Shown: positions 33,591-46,813 of the stretch, in pieces
Numbering within the stretch: position 1 is the stretch's first letter
Layout of the letters: the number at the start of each line of letters is the position of its first letter
Origin: Verrucomicrobiota bacterium
GTDB lineage: Bacteria; Verrucomicrobiota; Verrucomicrobiia; Limisphaerales; AAA164-E04
NCBI GenBank assembly: GCA_047947115.1
Contig: CP170459.1
Location: 5,760,001 to 5,824,000, forward strand
Direction of reading: 5' to 3'
DNA: 64,000 nt
Translations under genes and position numbers: made by a program
The notes under the pieces: generated by a model
Told to the model about the DNA's origin: nothing
Databases searched by the model: none
The model's input: only the letters and a program-made list of their open reading frames with translations

Positions 33591-35507
33591 TTACTTCAGT
33601 CTGACAACTCGATAGATGTTCTGTGCTTCAGAAGCAGTTATGGACATTCGTTCACCGACGTCACCTGCCACCTTGGGACCTGTGACATTACCCCACTGAA
33701 GGAGATCTCCGGTACTTTGAATTTGATATACTGCACCGGGAATTGTATCCCAAGTCAGCCAATAATCGCCATCCAATTTCTCCATACCGACCTGGAGAAC
33801 ACTGCGAGGGTTCAAAGGATTGGTTCCAGCCAGCAACTCTTCCAAATTGGTGAGCCCATCGCCGTCACTATCCATTTGTGAGTCATCCCATTGTTTCGGG
33901 TTAAAACCCCAAAATGTTTGCTGAAAACTGTCGGGCAAGCCATCGTTGTTATTATCATCCCCCCACGTAGTTCCCTCACCGGGTGCGCTCAAGGTTGATT
34001 TAACTCCAGCGGTTGTCACATAGGAAATGCTGGCACTATGACGTGAGCCTGCGGGTAGATCAGTAATTTCAATGAAATTGGAGCTTGATATGATCGGGGA
34101 ACTCGAATCATCCAAAGTCACCTCATAATGTTTAACGTCAGCGTTTTCAACAGCTGGCCAAGTGATTCCAAGTTTATTGAAACCAAGCCCATATACAAAC
34201 GGGGTCGAAGGATTTTCCAACTGAACACCCGAGCTTGATTGGCTACCTTCAAATTTTAATGCTCGCAGGTCGAAACTCTGCACACCACCCAAATATGAAC
34301 TCCAAACGGCCACAAAATCACCGCTGTCAGTGGCGGCAAGCGAGGGCATGTATTGTAAGCTGGATTGGTCCTGATTTACAAATGCTGGAGAACCGGAAAC
34401 TGATCCATCGTCATTCAGCATGACACCATAAATATCTGAACCATTACCATCACCGCCAAAGCCGGTCCATGCAACCATCAGTTGATTGCCGCTACGAGCG
34501 ATTACTGGAACCGCTTGATCATTACCAGCATCTATGGATATTTGCTGAGATGAGTTTATGGATCCATCCGAACCAATAATAGATGCAAAAATTGCCCAGT
34601 TACCTGGCTCACCTACAAGAGAAACTTCCTGGAAGGCGGGATTCTGCAACCCTGAATAAACAAGCGCCAAATCGCCACTACCATTGAGAGCAATGGAAGG
34701 ATTTGCAGCCAAAGTTGTTGTTTCAGTGAGTTGAAATTCGTCCCCCTTGGGCTTGCCATTGTAATAAAAATGACGACCCCACACACTCACGGAAAAGTTT
34801 GAACCTAGACCACCAACAGGAGCCTCGGAAACCCAGACAACAAAAAAGCCTCCGTCCGCAGTCTTAGTAATGCCCGGACTTCTTTGGTTGAGGAAAGAGC
34901 TTTGTGGAACGGAAAATTCAGGACCAATTTTTGCGCCTTCCGTACTAATGATTTGTCCAAAAACACCTAACCGGTCTCCATCCTGGTCTTCACTTTCCCA
35001 TACAACAACAGCATTTCCATTGTCTAAAACAGTAATAGAAGGATTTTTTTGGTTGTGATCCGTATACGAATTGACATCAAAATCATCAGCCAAAAACGCC
35101 CCATCCTCCCCCATCAATCGGGCTCTGATATTACCGTCGCTTTCCCATATGAAAAAAGCCCCATTGTCACCAGTTAAGGCAACATCCGGATTTTGCTGGT
35201 CTCCATCTGTGGTCATATTAACCACAAAAGGTTCAAAAACGGGATGGAGTTCCTCGTTTAGCCGAACGGCACTGATGCCTTGACCATCACCGTCCATTGC
35301 ATTTCCCTCCCAGATCACGTATCCACCGTTGGGACCCAATGCGATCTTACTGTTGATCTGATCACCAGGTAGGGATGTTGCGATGGAAAATTCGCTCCCG
35401 ATGGGAGTGAGCTCAGCCATACAATTGCCTATGCAAACAGCACCAATAAGTGTGGTAAGCACGGGCTTTGTCAGACTGATGATGGTATTTCGATTCATTT
35501 CCAACAT
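33591..35507 (-). CDS. Exported hypothetical protein: propeller-like repeats, FN3-like domain, DSDGDG motif
   Basis: Repeats F.VN..T...Q..P.VA; DSDGDGLTNLEELLAGTNP; C-terminal ...IYRV domain. Confidence 0.7.
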   Translation of the reverse strand: MLEMNRNTIISLTKPVLTTLIGAVCIGNCMAELTPIGSEFSIATSLPGDQINSKIALGPNGGYVIWEGNAMDGDGQGISAVRLNEELHPVFEPFVVNMTTDGDQQNPDVALTGDNGAFFIWESDGNIRARLMGEDGAFLADDFDVNSYTDHNQKNPSITVLDNGNAVVVWESEDQDGDRLGVFGQIISTEGAKIGPEFSVPQSSFLNQRSPGITKTADGGFFVVWVSEAPVGGLGSNFSVSVWGRHFYYNGKPKGDEFQLTETTTLAANPSIALNGSGDLALVYSGLQNPAFQEVSLVGEPGNWAIFASIIGSDGSINSSQQISIDAGNDQAVPVIARSGNQLMVAWTGFGGDGNGSDIYGVMLNDDGSVSGSPAFVNQDQSSLQYMPSLAATDSGDFVAVWSSYLGGVQSFDLRALKFEGSQSSSGVQLENPSTPFVYGLGFNKLGITWPAVENADVKHYEVTLDDSSSPIISSSNFIEITDLPAGSRHSASISYVTTAGVKSTLSAPGEGTTWGDDNNNDGLPDSFQQTFWGFNPKQWDDSQMDSDGDGLTNLEELLAGTNPLNPRSVLQVGMEKLDGDYWLTWDTIPGAVYQIQSTGDLLQWGNVTGPKVAGDVGERMSITASEAQNIYRVVRLK

Positions 35508-35607
35508 GTTCTGTAATTAGATTTGCCTCTTTGACTCTATCTACGAGCAATTTCAATTCCAAATAGTAGTAAACGCTCGTTTAGTCGTTAAATGATTGGT
35601 TCAGCCC

Positions 35608-38601
<2,994 letters not shown>

Positions 38602-38647
38602 ACTAAAATTGAAATTTAAATGGGTTGTTCAATTGGATGGAGTTTCT

Positions 38648-39439
38648 TTATTGAACAATTCCTTTGGTTATGGTCGTGTGCTTAGATGTCTTTTCGTCAG
38701 ACAAAACAACTTCGGTTTCGGAAACAAATACAATTTCGTAATTGCGCTTATCAATAGAAATCTTGTCACCTTTCATGACGCTGGTGAATTTCCGGCGTCC
38801 GGCAGCATATTCCAGATCCGCTTTGTAACCTGCAATTTCTGTATATGGCTCTTGCGCATTGACAGTTATGGTTTTGTTTGATGCCAACAATTCAAGTACG
38901 AATGACTCAGGCCTGAGGGCATCCCCTTTCACTTCACGCAGAATAAAAATATCATTTTTATCACGTAAGCGAGCGTTGCGTGTCATCCGTCGACGCTCAC
39001 TTCGTTTTTCGGCAGCTTCTCTCGTAACAGAAAAACTATACTTGGGGTTTTCCACATCCAACTCCTTGTCGGCATTGAATTCGATAGTCAAGTAGAGTGG
39101 TTCAGTTGCCAATATCTCGACAGCGTTAGGTCCTTTGTGTCCGTAAAAACGATCCTTGACCAGTGTTCCGTTGTCTTCCAACCATCCGACCGGATTAAAC
39201 GTATTGTGGTCGGGACCAGCCAAACGGATGTGCTCCGGGTTCTTGGCACGATTCAACAAAGCGAGGCTTTCGCTGAGATCTTTCTGTTGAAATTCTTTTG
39301 GCTTTCTGGGACGTATACTCTCCTCCAATTCGGCGCGAATCGCGGACACCGAAAAGGGCAAGTATGCCGCAGCCCCAGCCAGACCGAGCAAGACCACGGC
39401 CAAGATTATCTTTTCGTAATGCTTTTTTAGAAAATCCAT
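38648..39439 (-). CDS. Secretin-operon accessory protein (Amuc_1099-like position)
   Basis: MDFLKKHYEKIILA N-terminal anchor; position between PilO-like gene and secretin. Confidence 0.6.
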   Translation of the reverse strand: MDFLKKHYEKIILAVVLLGLAGAAAYLPFSVSAIRAELEESIRPRKPKEFQQKDLSESLALLNRAKNPEHIRLAGPDHNTFNPVGWLEDNGTLVKDRFYGHKGPNAVEILATEPLYLTIEFNADKELDVENPKYSFSVTREAAEKRSERRRMTRNARLRDKNDIFILREVKGDALRPESFVLELLASNKTITVNAQEPYTEIAGYKADLEYAAGRRKFTSVMKGDKISIDKRNYEIVFVSETEVVLSDEKTSKHTTITKGIVQ

Positions 39440-39461
39440 GTTAAATCAAATCAATCTTTGA

Positions 39462-40574
39462 TTAATATCCATACCCGCCAGATCCGCCATCATCTTCCTC
39501 GTCGGACGGTAGAGGCATCAATGAGTCGAGTTCTTCCTCGGGGAAAGTAGCTATGGCAACCAAACTCATATTGACGGTCAAGGGGCTTTCGTCAAGATCT
39601 TCGAGTTTGTTGTTGTCCTGCATCGGTTGTTGCCCTCCGCCAGCCATTCCTGCATAAGGATTTCCACCACCGTATCGGCTTGCTTGGCCTGCAGAAGATG
39701 GTTCAAGACCATACATGCGCTGCATCATGGAGTCTCCACCTATTCCGGATCCGTATGATGAACCACCCCCGTCTTGTTCAACGGCCATCCACTTGATTCG
39801 GAAATAGTGGTTCGAACGGTTGAATCCATCCATCACCCTGGCCAGTTCCGAGCTGAAGCATTGAAAACTGATCTGGAATGGAATCATGATGGCATTAATA
39901 TTAGGATCTTGGGTTGCCACATCCTCTATATAATTTTCACCCGCTGATGCGCTTGAAGAAGTGCTAGTGGATGTTACCCCCAAACCGATTCCCCCTGCAG
40001 CACTTGGACCGTCGTTGTCACTGACTGGCAAACGCTTTATAGCATTAATGCCGTGAATCTTAGCTTCAAACAACACGTTGCACAATTCCCGAATTTCGTA
40101 GAGCTGGAAGGTCAGTGGCCGAAGCGCTTCCGGCTCCAGATCAATTCTTGGGCGAATGTCATCAAATGAAAATCCATAACTGCCCTGATCCACAGATGGG
40201 AGACTGATGCCAGTATACCTGGCATCTCTCTGCATTTCAGAAAGTGTGTTTTCCAGTATTTCCTTGAATTCGGAAATTGAAAGTGACTCTGGGATTTCGA
40301 ATCCAGGAAAATAAGATTCCATCGGTCCAAGCACAACTTCCTGCACACGCGCCTGTTCCTTTTGGACCGCACCGATATTGTCAACCTTGTCCGTACCGGG
40401 ATGGGGATCACGGTTATAGAGCTGTTGAACCAAAGAGCGCTGTTGCTCAAGATCAGCCGTAACGGTTTTTTCCAAATCGATCTGCGACATCATGTACCAA
40501 ACGGCCACTCCCATTAGAATGAGAGCTGTGACTCCGCCGATCACCAATCCCACGTTTTGCTTAATCCAGTTCAT
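39462..40574 (-). CDS. Amuc_1100-like / PilO-like protein
   Basis: MNWIKQN start, single TM, coiled coil, GFSF..Y/I motif; synteny pilM-X-X-secretin. Confidence 0.65.
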   Translation of the reverse strand: MNWIKQNVGLVIGGVTALILMGVAVWYMMSQIDLEKTVTADLEQQRSLVQQLYNRDPHPGTDKVDNIGAVQKEQARVQEVVLGPMESYFPGFEIPESLSISEFKEILENTLSEMQRDARYTGISLPSVDQGSYGFSFDDIRPRIDLEPEALRPLTFQLYEIRELCNVLFEAKIHGINAIKRLPVSDNDGPSAAGGIGLGVTSTSTSSSASAGENYIEDVATQDPNINAIMIPFQISFQCFSSELARVMDGFNRSNHYFRIKWMAVEQDGGGSSYGSGIGGDSMMQRMYGLEPSSAGQASRYGGGNPYAGMAGGGQQPMQDNNKLEDLDESPLTVNMSLVAIATFPEEELDSLMPLPSDEEDDGGSGGYGY

Positions 40575-42454
40575 TAGTCCACCAGTGAAATAGGTTCTTT
40601 CAGTTTCAAGGAAATTTCAAAATCGAAGGTTCCTTCCTCTTCGTCCACAGGAGCCAACTCACCGGTCAATTTCGTGTCGTCAGCATTGAAATAATTCGTT
40701 TGGGACTGCAGTTTTTGAAGCAAAGTAAATGCCAAATTGTTATTTGCATTGGGATTAATCGCTCGCCGATTCACTCCCCGACATGTTAGTGTCAGTTTGG
40801 AGATCAAATCTTCATTCTCCTCGTCTGATGTGTCCCCTTCTTCATCATCCCAATCATCTTCACCCCCACTGTCGCCCATGGGTATCAAGCCATACCGCTT
40901 CATCATTTCGATATCCATCATGGGAGTCTGCTCCTCTTCATCATCCCAATCATCAAACGTTTCGGCTGCACCAGTCAGATCAATTCCCGCACTGTCAGGT
41001 AAGAGAGACTCGATCCAAAGCCCGGAATCAAGCGAAAACCGACGCTGTGCTTCATTTTCAGCTTCGACCAGAGAACCGCGTATAACTTTAAGGAGGTCAC
41101 TCCAAAGGTACCGCTGGTTGAGAAGTTTTCCGTAGATTTCCGCTTTGCTCAACTGGGTTTCAAGAGCGGATTCTTCTGGACGAAGTTGTTGTTCCAAACT
41201 TTGCAGTGGAGCCGCGATGGTCCGAAGTTCGTTCAAGACGCGTTGTTTCTCGCCGTGAACCTGTGAGAAAAAGAGACCGATAGAAGCAACCACCAGCACC
41301 AACCCGAACACTGCAGAGATCAAGTAAGGCTTTTTGCGATTGAACTCCTGACGTTGAAGGGAGGATTTGGGCATCAAGTTCAGCTCCACAGGGCACTGAA
41401 CCACGTTTCGAAGCCCGAGCCCGACAACCTCCCCAAATGAGTGGGCTACCCGAGCCAATTCTTCCAAGTTGATGGAAGGATCAATCTCGACAGCCCGGAA
41501 AGGATTGAAGTATTCCACTTCAACGTTTAATTTTTCTGCAAAAAATTGGGCTGTATATGGCATGATGGAAGCCCCACCCGCCAGGAACAGTCGATCAGGC
41601 GCGGAACCACCCTGTTGACTGCGATAAAACTGCATCGTCTGGTTCACCTGGATATGCAGGCGAGTCATCACCTGACGAGCAATTTTGGAAATTTGTGCTT
41701 GCTGAGGATTGTCAGGATCTTCATAAGCCCCCCCCAAACTGACGAAGCCCTGTTCAATTTTGAATTTTTCCGCCTCAGGAAAGCGCATCTTTGCTTCGGT
41801 GGAGAATTCCTGAGTAATGGAATTGGCACCAATGTTTATACTGCGCGCAAATACTTTGCCCTTTTCGAAAAACAACAGGTTGCTGGATTTAGCCCCGATA
41901 TCCAACAGCATCGTGCAACCTTCCAAATCCCCGTAATTGTATCGGAAAGCATTGCAGATGGCGGCCTGCGAAACGTCCACGAGGTTAACCACCATTCCGT
42001 GGTTTTCGGCGGCCTTGAAAACTTTATCCACCAATTCAGTCTTGATGGCTACCAGAAGCACTTCCAGTTCACCACCTGGGGATGTCCCCATGATCTGGTA
42101 GTCCCAAACTACCTCATCCAGAGGGAAGGGCACATTCTGCTGCGCCTCGTATTGAATGATCTGGGTGACCTTGGACGAGTCAACGGGTGGAAGTTTGACG
42201 AACTTGGAGAACACCTGATAACCAGGAGCACAGACGTTGATTTGTTTCGTGGAAAATCCCTGTTCATTTACCAGAGATTGCAAGGCCTTTTTGACAACAC
42301 CTTCGCGAACGGCATCCTGAGCACCAGGCAATCCCAGAGCGTGCTGGCCGAATTTCTTCAATACCAGGCTGCCAGAATCGGTCTGATCAAACTCAGCGAC
42401 TTTGACGCAACCAGCGCCTAGATCGATGCTCAAAAACGATTTTGTCTTTAACAT
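40574..42454 (-). CDS. pilM: PilM fused to PilN-like domain (Amuc_1101-like)
   Basis: SIDLGA, EAQQNVPFPLDEVVWDYQ, LLDIGAK, LAGGAS, GLGLR then ELNLMP + TM + coiled coil (PilN-like). Confidence 0.85.
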   Translation of the reverse strand: MLKTKSFLSIDLGAGCVKVAEFDQTDSGSLVLKKFGQHALGLPGAQDAVREGVVKKALQSLVNEQGFSTKQINVCAPGYQVFSKFVKLPPVDSSKVTQIIQYEAQQNVPFPLDEVVWDYQIMGTSPGGELEVLLVAIKTELVDKVFKAAENHGMVVNLVDVSQAAICNAFRYNYGDLEGCTMLLDIGAKSSNLLFFEKGKVFARSINIGANSITQEFSTEAKMRFPEAEKFKIEQGFVSLGGAYEDPDNPQQAQISKIARQVMTRLHIQVNQTMQFYRSQQGGSAPDRLFLAGGASIMPYTAQFFAEKLNVEVEYFNPFRAVEIDPSINLEELARVAHSFGEVVGLGLRNVVQCPVELNLMPKSSLQRQEFNRKKPYLISAVFGLVLVVASIGLFFSQVHGEKQRVLNELRTIAAPLQSLEQQLRPEESALETQLSKAEIYGKLLNQRYLWSDLLKVIRGSLVEAENEAQRRFSLDSGLWIESLLPDSAGIDLTGAAETFDDWDDEEEQTPMMDIEMMKRYGLIPMGDSGGEDDWDDEEGDTSDEENEDLISKLTLTCRGVNRRAINPNANNNLAFTLLQKLQSQTNYFNADDTKLTGELAPVDEEEGTFDFEISLKLKEPISLVD

Positions 42455-42750
42455 GTGTTTTACTTTCCTGTCTATCAGGGCAACAAAAATCCTGTGAGAG
42501 CACATGCCCCCAAGAACTCACATTGCGAAGGTCGGGGAGGTGAATATGGGAAATTACCCATCGGGTCAACAGAAAACTGACCCCTTACTCAACAAACACC
42601 GCATTTCGCAACTTCATCCCATTTTTTGATGCCCTGTTTGGTTTCCAATGCGAGGTCTTTGAGTTTCTTTGACCGCTTCCACTTTCCACCTACTCAAAAA
42701 TAACTGAAGGCGTGTTTCGCACTCCTTCAAGGCACCTTTACGGGGTTCTT

Positions 42751-44169
42751 TCATTTGGCTCCCTCACCGGCAATCACAACGGGTATCGTTCTCAATAGAA
42801 TCTTGATATCCAGCCATAAGGACCAATTGTCGATGTATTCGAGGTCCAGTCTGACCCATTCTTTGAAATCAGTCACCTTATTTCTTCCACTGATTTGCCA
42901 AAGACAGGTTAAACCTGGTTTCACACTTAAGCGCCGACGATGTGCCAGTTCGTCGAATTGCATGGTTTCGTCCACCGGAAGCGGCCTTGGCCCCACCAAA
43001 CTCATCTCCCCCATCAGCACGTTGAACAATTGGGGCAATTCATCAAAGCTGCGCTTGCGAAGAAATTTACCAATGGGTGTGACACGCGGATCATTCGTTA
43101 CCTTGAATACCGGCCCCGCCATCTCGTTGTAGGCCTGCAATTCATCTTTTCGTTGTTCGGCATCGGTGACCATGGTGCGGAATTTGAACATCGTGAACGG
43201 GCGCCCGTTCAAACCGCTCCGCTGCTGCCTGAAAAACACCGGGCCAGGAGACGTTAACCTGATGGCAAGAGTGCAAAATATAAGAATGGGACTGAAGAGC
43301 AGGATTGCGAACAGAGCCCCTGTAAAATCGATGGCCATTTTACCCACGGCTTGCCATGAAAAATCCGGAGTGGATCGGAAGATCACCACCGGACGGCCGT
43401 ATAATTCATCCAGGGTGGTGCGCGAAATTTGTGTATTGAAAAAATTGGCAAACATCCAAACTTCTACCCCTTCCAGCTCACAGGCTTGAATCACTTTTTC
43501 TATGCGACCGAAATAAGTATGTTTTGTAGCCAGCAAGACACCGTTTGCAGAATGCGTGTGCAAGACTTCAACAAAGGTGGAAAGATCGGATTTGTTCACA
43601 TCCAACTCCGCCACAATTTCTATGTCACGCGCTTCCTCCAGGTGAAAATCCTCCCGAACCTGCTTCACGTCCTCCGGCGTGCCCACCACGATGATGCGAC
43701 GCCTTAACCGCGCCTGCCCGAGAGCATGCAGCAAATAGCGCTGGAGAATTTCCTCCTTAGCAAACACCAGCAGAAAACTGAAGATACCAAAAAGGATAAA
43801 CACAGACCGAGCCAAGTGCTCCTTGGCGAGGAAGGCTGCCAGCATCAGTCCCAGGGTGATAAACGTGCAGACCTTGAACAACTGCCACGCCGTCACCTTT
43901 CTGGAAGCAAGCAGCGGCCGACTGTAAAAGCCTTGAGTCTGAAGCAAAACAAGCGAAAGGGGCACAGTCAGGACCAGATATGGCAAGAATTCATCGAAGG
44001 ATTCAATTTCTTTCGTCCCACCGAAGATAGCCAGCATTCGAAGCCCATATTCACCAACTAACGATTCATTGGTTCGAAGCCAATAAGCAGACCACAGACC
44101 CAGCGCAAAAAGAGCGGCATCCAGGAGACGCTGGATATGGTTTCGAATCTGCTGTTGACGTCTAAGCAT
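42751..44169 (-). CDS. Polyprenyl glycosylphosphotransferase (WcaJ/CpsE-like sugar transferase)
   Basis: FKFRTM, DPRVT, DELPQLFNVL.GEMSLVGPRP, KPGLT, LDLEYI. Confidence 0.92.
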   Translation of the reverse strand: MLRRQQQIRNHIQRLLDAALFALGLWSAYWLRTNESLVGEYGLRMLAIFGGTKEIESFDEFLPYLVLTVPLSLVLLQTQGFYSRPLLASRKVTAWQLFKVCTFITLGLMLAAFLAKEHLARSVFILFGIFSFLLVFAKEEILQRYLLHALGQARLRRRIIVVGTPEDVKQVREDFHLEEARDIEIVAELDVNKSDLSTFVEVLHTHSANGVLLATKHTYFGRIEKVIQACELEGVEVWMFANFFNTQISRTTLDELYGRPVVIFRSTPDFSWQAVGKMAIDFTGALFAILLFSPILIFCTLAIRLTSPGPVFFRQQRSGLNGRPFTMFKFRTMVTDAEQRKDELQAYNEMAGPVFKVTNDPRVTPIGKFLRKRSFDELPQLFNVLMGEMSLVGPRPLPVDETMQFDELAHRRRLSVKPGLTCLWQISGRNKVTDFKEWVRLDLEYIDNWSLWLDIKILLRTIPVVIAGEGAK

Positions 44170-44240
44170 AGGACTTCAAATTGAGTATTCGGGCCTGAAT
44201 TCAGGAGTAAGAGAAAACGGATTAAACTTCAAATGCAAGG

Positions 44241-44969
44241 CTATTTGGCGTTTTCAGTCCTGGCAACAACATGGCTTTCCGGAAGTGTTTTTTGGAATAC
44301 CGGCACGGCATTCTGGATAAACCACTCCATGTGCTTGAATCCCGCCTCTTCCTGCCCAGGAATGACGATCGCAGAAAAGGTGATATAGGCCCATCGCTGC
44401 ATCTTACCTGTGGTAAAAAGATCCTTACCCATCAACCACATCCTTTCATAATGCTGATTGGTCACATGCTTGTCGTCTACGAACCAGTAGTAAAGCAACC
44501 CGCTATATTCATTGCCTTCTATGGTTTTGGTAGATTTCAACTGCATGACTGGCAATTTGAATGGCGCCGGCCTGGCGATTTCAATTACCTTGGCGTTGGT
44601 TTGTTGAATATGATACCCGGCACCGGTCAGGCAATACTGAGGCTTGTGAATACTGGTCCTGTCCAACCCCATTAACACAACCATCACATCGATAAAGAAC
44701 CCGTTCGGATGCTTGTATCGACGCTTGGTGATCGTCGTGTCCGGAGGCAAAGCATCTTTTTCAACATCACTTACCGGCAAATCTTCTCCCGTATAGTCCA
44801 GCACCCAATCCGGGAGTAACACCGGAGGTTTATCACTACCTGAATGCTCCAGCAACCTCACCCCTGGTTCTCCCATGGTCTGGTGAGCTTTCCAGTAATT
44901 TAGAAACCCGCCCGTAGAGCCAATGAGCATCAGCAGACTCACAAGCATGAAGACATTTTTCTTAATCAT
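44241..44969 (-). CDS. epsI: EpsI family exosortase-associated protein
   Basis: RTSIHKPQYCLTGAG motif, YYWF; ATGA overlap with exosortase. Confidence 0.8.
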   Translation of the reverse strand: MIKKNVFMLVSLLMLIGSTGGFLNYWKAHQTMGEPGVRLLEHSGSDKPPVLLPDWVLDYTGEDLPVSDVEKDALPPDTTITKRRYKHPNGFFIDVMVVLMGLDRTSIHKPQYCLTGAGYHIQQTNAKVIEIARPAPFKLPVMQLKSTKTIEGNEYSGLLYYWFVDDKHVTNQHYERMWLMGKDLFTTGKMQRWAYITFSAIVIPGQEEAGFKHMEWFIQNAVPVFQKTLPESHVVARTENAK

Positions 44970-45946
44970 GCATCCACCTCCTCTGGCTGGATGTCATTCC
45001 CATTCTCTGAAACAGGTTCTTTGAGCCAAATATCCATGATAAACACTCCCAAAATGGCGACCAAGAAAGTCACAAACCCCAATTTCTGCTCCCACAATTT
45101 ACCAGCTTCCTGGCCATACTGGTTTGCTATAATGATCACTAAAATAAGGCGAAGCGTGTTACCTGCAATGGCCAAAGGAATAGAGGACAACACAAGCAGG
45201 ACTCGTTTCCAACTGGTTTTGTAAGCAATAAATCCAAACGCCAAAGTGAGAGGAACCAGGGTCATCAGACTGTTGATACCACTGCAAGCAGGAGCGACGT
45301 CGTAACGAAATGTTCCGGCGAAGTTCGTGATGAATGTCCCCTGGCGCATGACATCAATTTGAAGAGCATGATCGGAAAACCCTACCGCCAGAGCGCTGAC
45401 AAACACGCGCAATGGAAACGTCAGAGGCTGAGCCAATGAGCCTATCGGCACACAGAACAGAAATAACACGTATGGAAAAATGACCACTTTCAACCAGGCC
45501 TTCCCCCAGCAATACCCCATCAAGCCATATAACCCGACGAACATCCCCAGAACCGAAAGGCGCGTTTGTTGAGCCATAAATCCGACAATGTGGAACAGAA
45601 GCCCCACTGCCACCAGCATTAGCCCGGGGTTCCACGCTTCGTAATTGAATTTCAAGAATTCCTTGCGCTTCCAGATCAACAGAGCAATGACCGCAAACGG
45701 AATCAAGTTTCCATGGCCGTCCTCGGACAGCTTTGCATTGTATGAATTATACATCCAATGGTAAACCGACGTGGTATCGACATATCCAAAGGTGGAATTC
45801 CCCAGCCATTGAAATAGAACGATCCAAGCCACAAAACCGACGATAAATACGGTTTTATGGGGTAGCTTCTGCCACAACTCACCCAGATCCCTGAGGATCT
45901 CCAAAAATATATTCTTACCCGAATCGCTGGTCTTTGTGTGTTCCAT
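44966..45946 (-). CDS. Exosortase (EpsH/Xrt family)
   Basis: Multi-TM; HGNLIP, VAPACSGINSL, GNTLRL. Confidence 0.85.
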   Translation of the reverse strand: MEHTKTSDSGKNIFLEILRDLGELWQKLPHKTVFIVGFVAWIVLFQWLGNSTFGYVDTTSVYHWMYNSYNAKLSEDGHGNLIPFAVIALLIWKRKEFLKFNYEAWNPGLMLVAVGLLFHIVGFMAQQTRLSVLGMFVGLYGLMGYCWGKAWLKVVIFPYVLFLFCVPIGSLAQPLTFPLRVFVSALAVGFSDHALQIDVMRQGTFITNFAGTFRYDVAPACSGINSLMTLVPLTLAFGFIAYKTSWKRVLLVLSSIPLAIAGNTLRLILVIIIANQYGQEAGKLWEQKLGFVTFLVAILGVFIMDIWLKEPVSENGNDIQPEEVDA

Positions 45947-46039
45947 GAAAAAACTGATCTAGTATGCCTTTGACTACTTTTATGCCATTTTGCTCATACA
46001 AAGACAGGATATTAATAAAAACACCCGAGATAACACAAT

Positions 46040-46813
46040 CTAATTACCCTCGGATGCACTCCAGGCCTTGCCGTTGATCATCCCTATTAAAAGCAAATAC
46101 AAAAACATGGAGTTGTAATATACATACCGCCCCAGCAAACGCCTCGGTTCGCTGCAAAGGCGATAGAGCCATCCAAGACCATTGCGCTGCATCCACAACG
46201 GCGCATCCGGTTTCGTTCCCGCATTGACATCAAAAGCAAATCCGACTGCCATAACGGCTCCACGTTTGATGGCGTCCTTATGTTGATGAACCCAAGCCTG
46301 CTGTTTCGGAGTCCCCAAGCCCACCCAGACGAAGTCGGGCGACAGTTCGTTGATCTCATCCACAATCCGCCCGGAATCTCCTTCTTTGAAATAGCCGTGA
46401 TGCTTGCCAATGATCCTTACCTTTGGTTGCCATTTGCGAAAGGAAGCCTCCAGCTTTTCAAGGCACTCTTCAGATCCCCCCAGAAAGTAATGGGTAAAAG
46501 GCTCCGGGGAATGAGTGACACAGTGGCGCATAAAAGTCGGACCATACACCCGGTCAGAAAGACCTGCTTTTTGAAGATTCAAACACCAGATCAAGGGCAT
46601 GCCGTCCGGAATGAAATAATCCACCTTGGATGTCGCTTCCCAAAATTGTCCGTCCAGTTTGCGCATGGTAACAATCTGGGTATTGGTAAAATCAACCGAG
46701 AACACGGATGAACTTTTCACTTTGGACTGACAGAAATCGGTCAGTTCCTCGTAAGTAGTAGCTCGGACCGGCGTGCCAAGGATGTGAAAACGTTTCAGGT
46801 CTTTCGGGATCAT
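46040..46813 (-). CDS. WecB/TagA/CpsF family glycosyltransferase
   Basis: PDGMPL, RVYGP, WVGLGTPKQ, AP.WMQRNGLGWLYRL..EPRRL; ATG 46813 overlaps upstream stop. Confidence 0.9.
   Translation of the reverse strand: MIPKDLKRFHILGTPVRATTYEELTDFCQSKVKSSSVFSVDFTNTQIVTMRKLDGQFWEATSKVDYFIPDGMPLIWCLNLQKAGLSDRVYGPTFMRHCVTHSPEPFTHYFLGGSEECLEKLEASFRKWQPKVRIIGKHHGYFKEGDSGRIVDEINELSPDFVWVGLGTPKQQAWVHQHKDAIKRGAVMAVGFAFDVNAGTKPDAPLWMQRNGLGWLYRLCSEPRRLLGRYVYYNSMFLYLLLIGMINGKAWSASEGN

Noticed and set aside
41546..42421. 291-aa plus-strand ORF
   Set aside because: Antisense shadow of pilM
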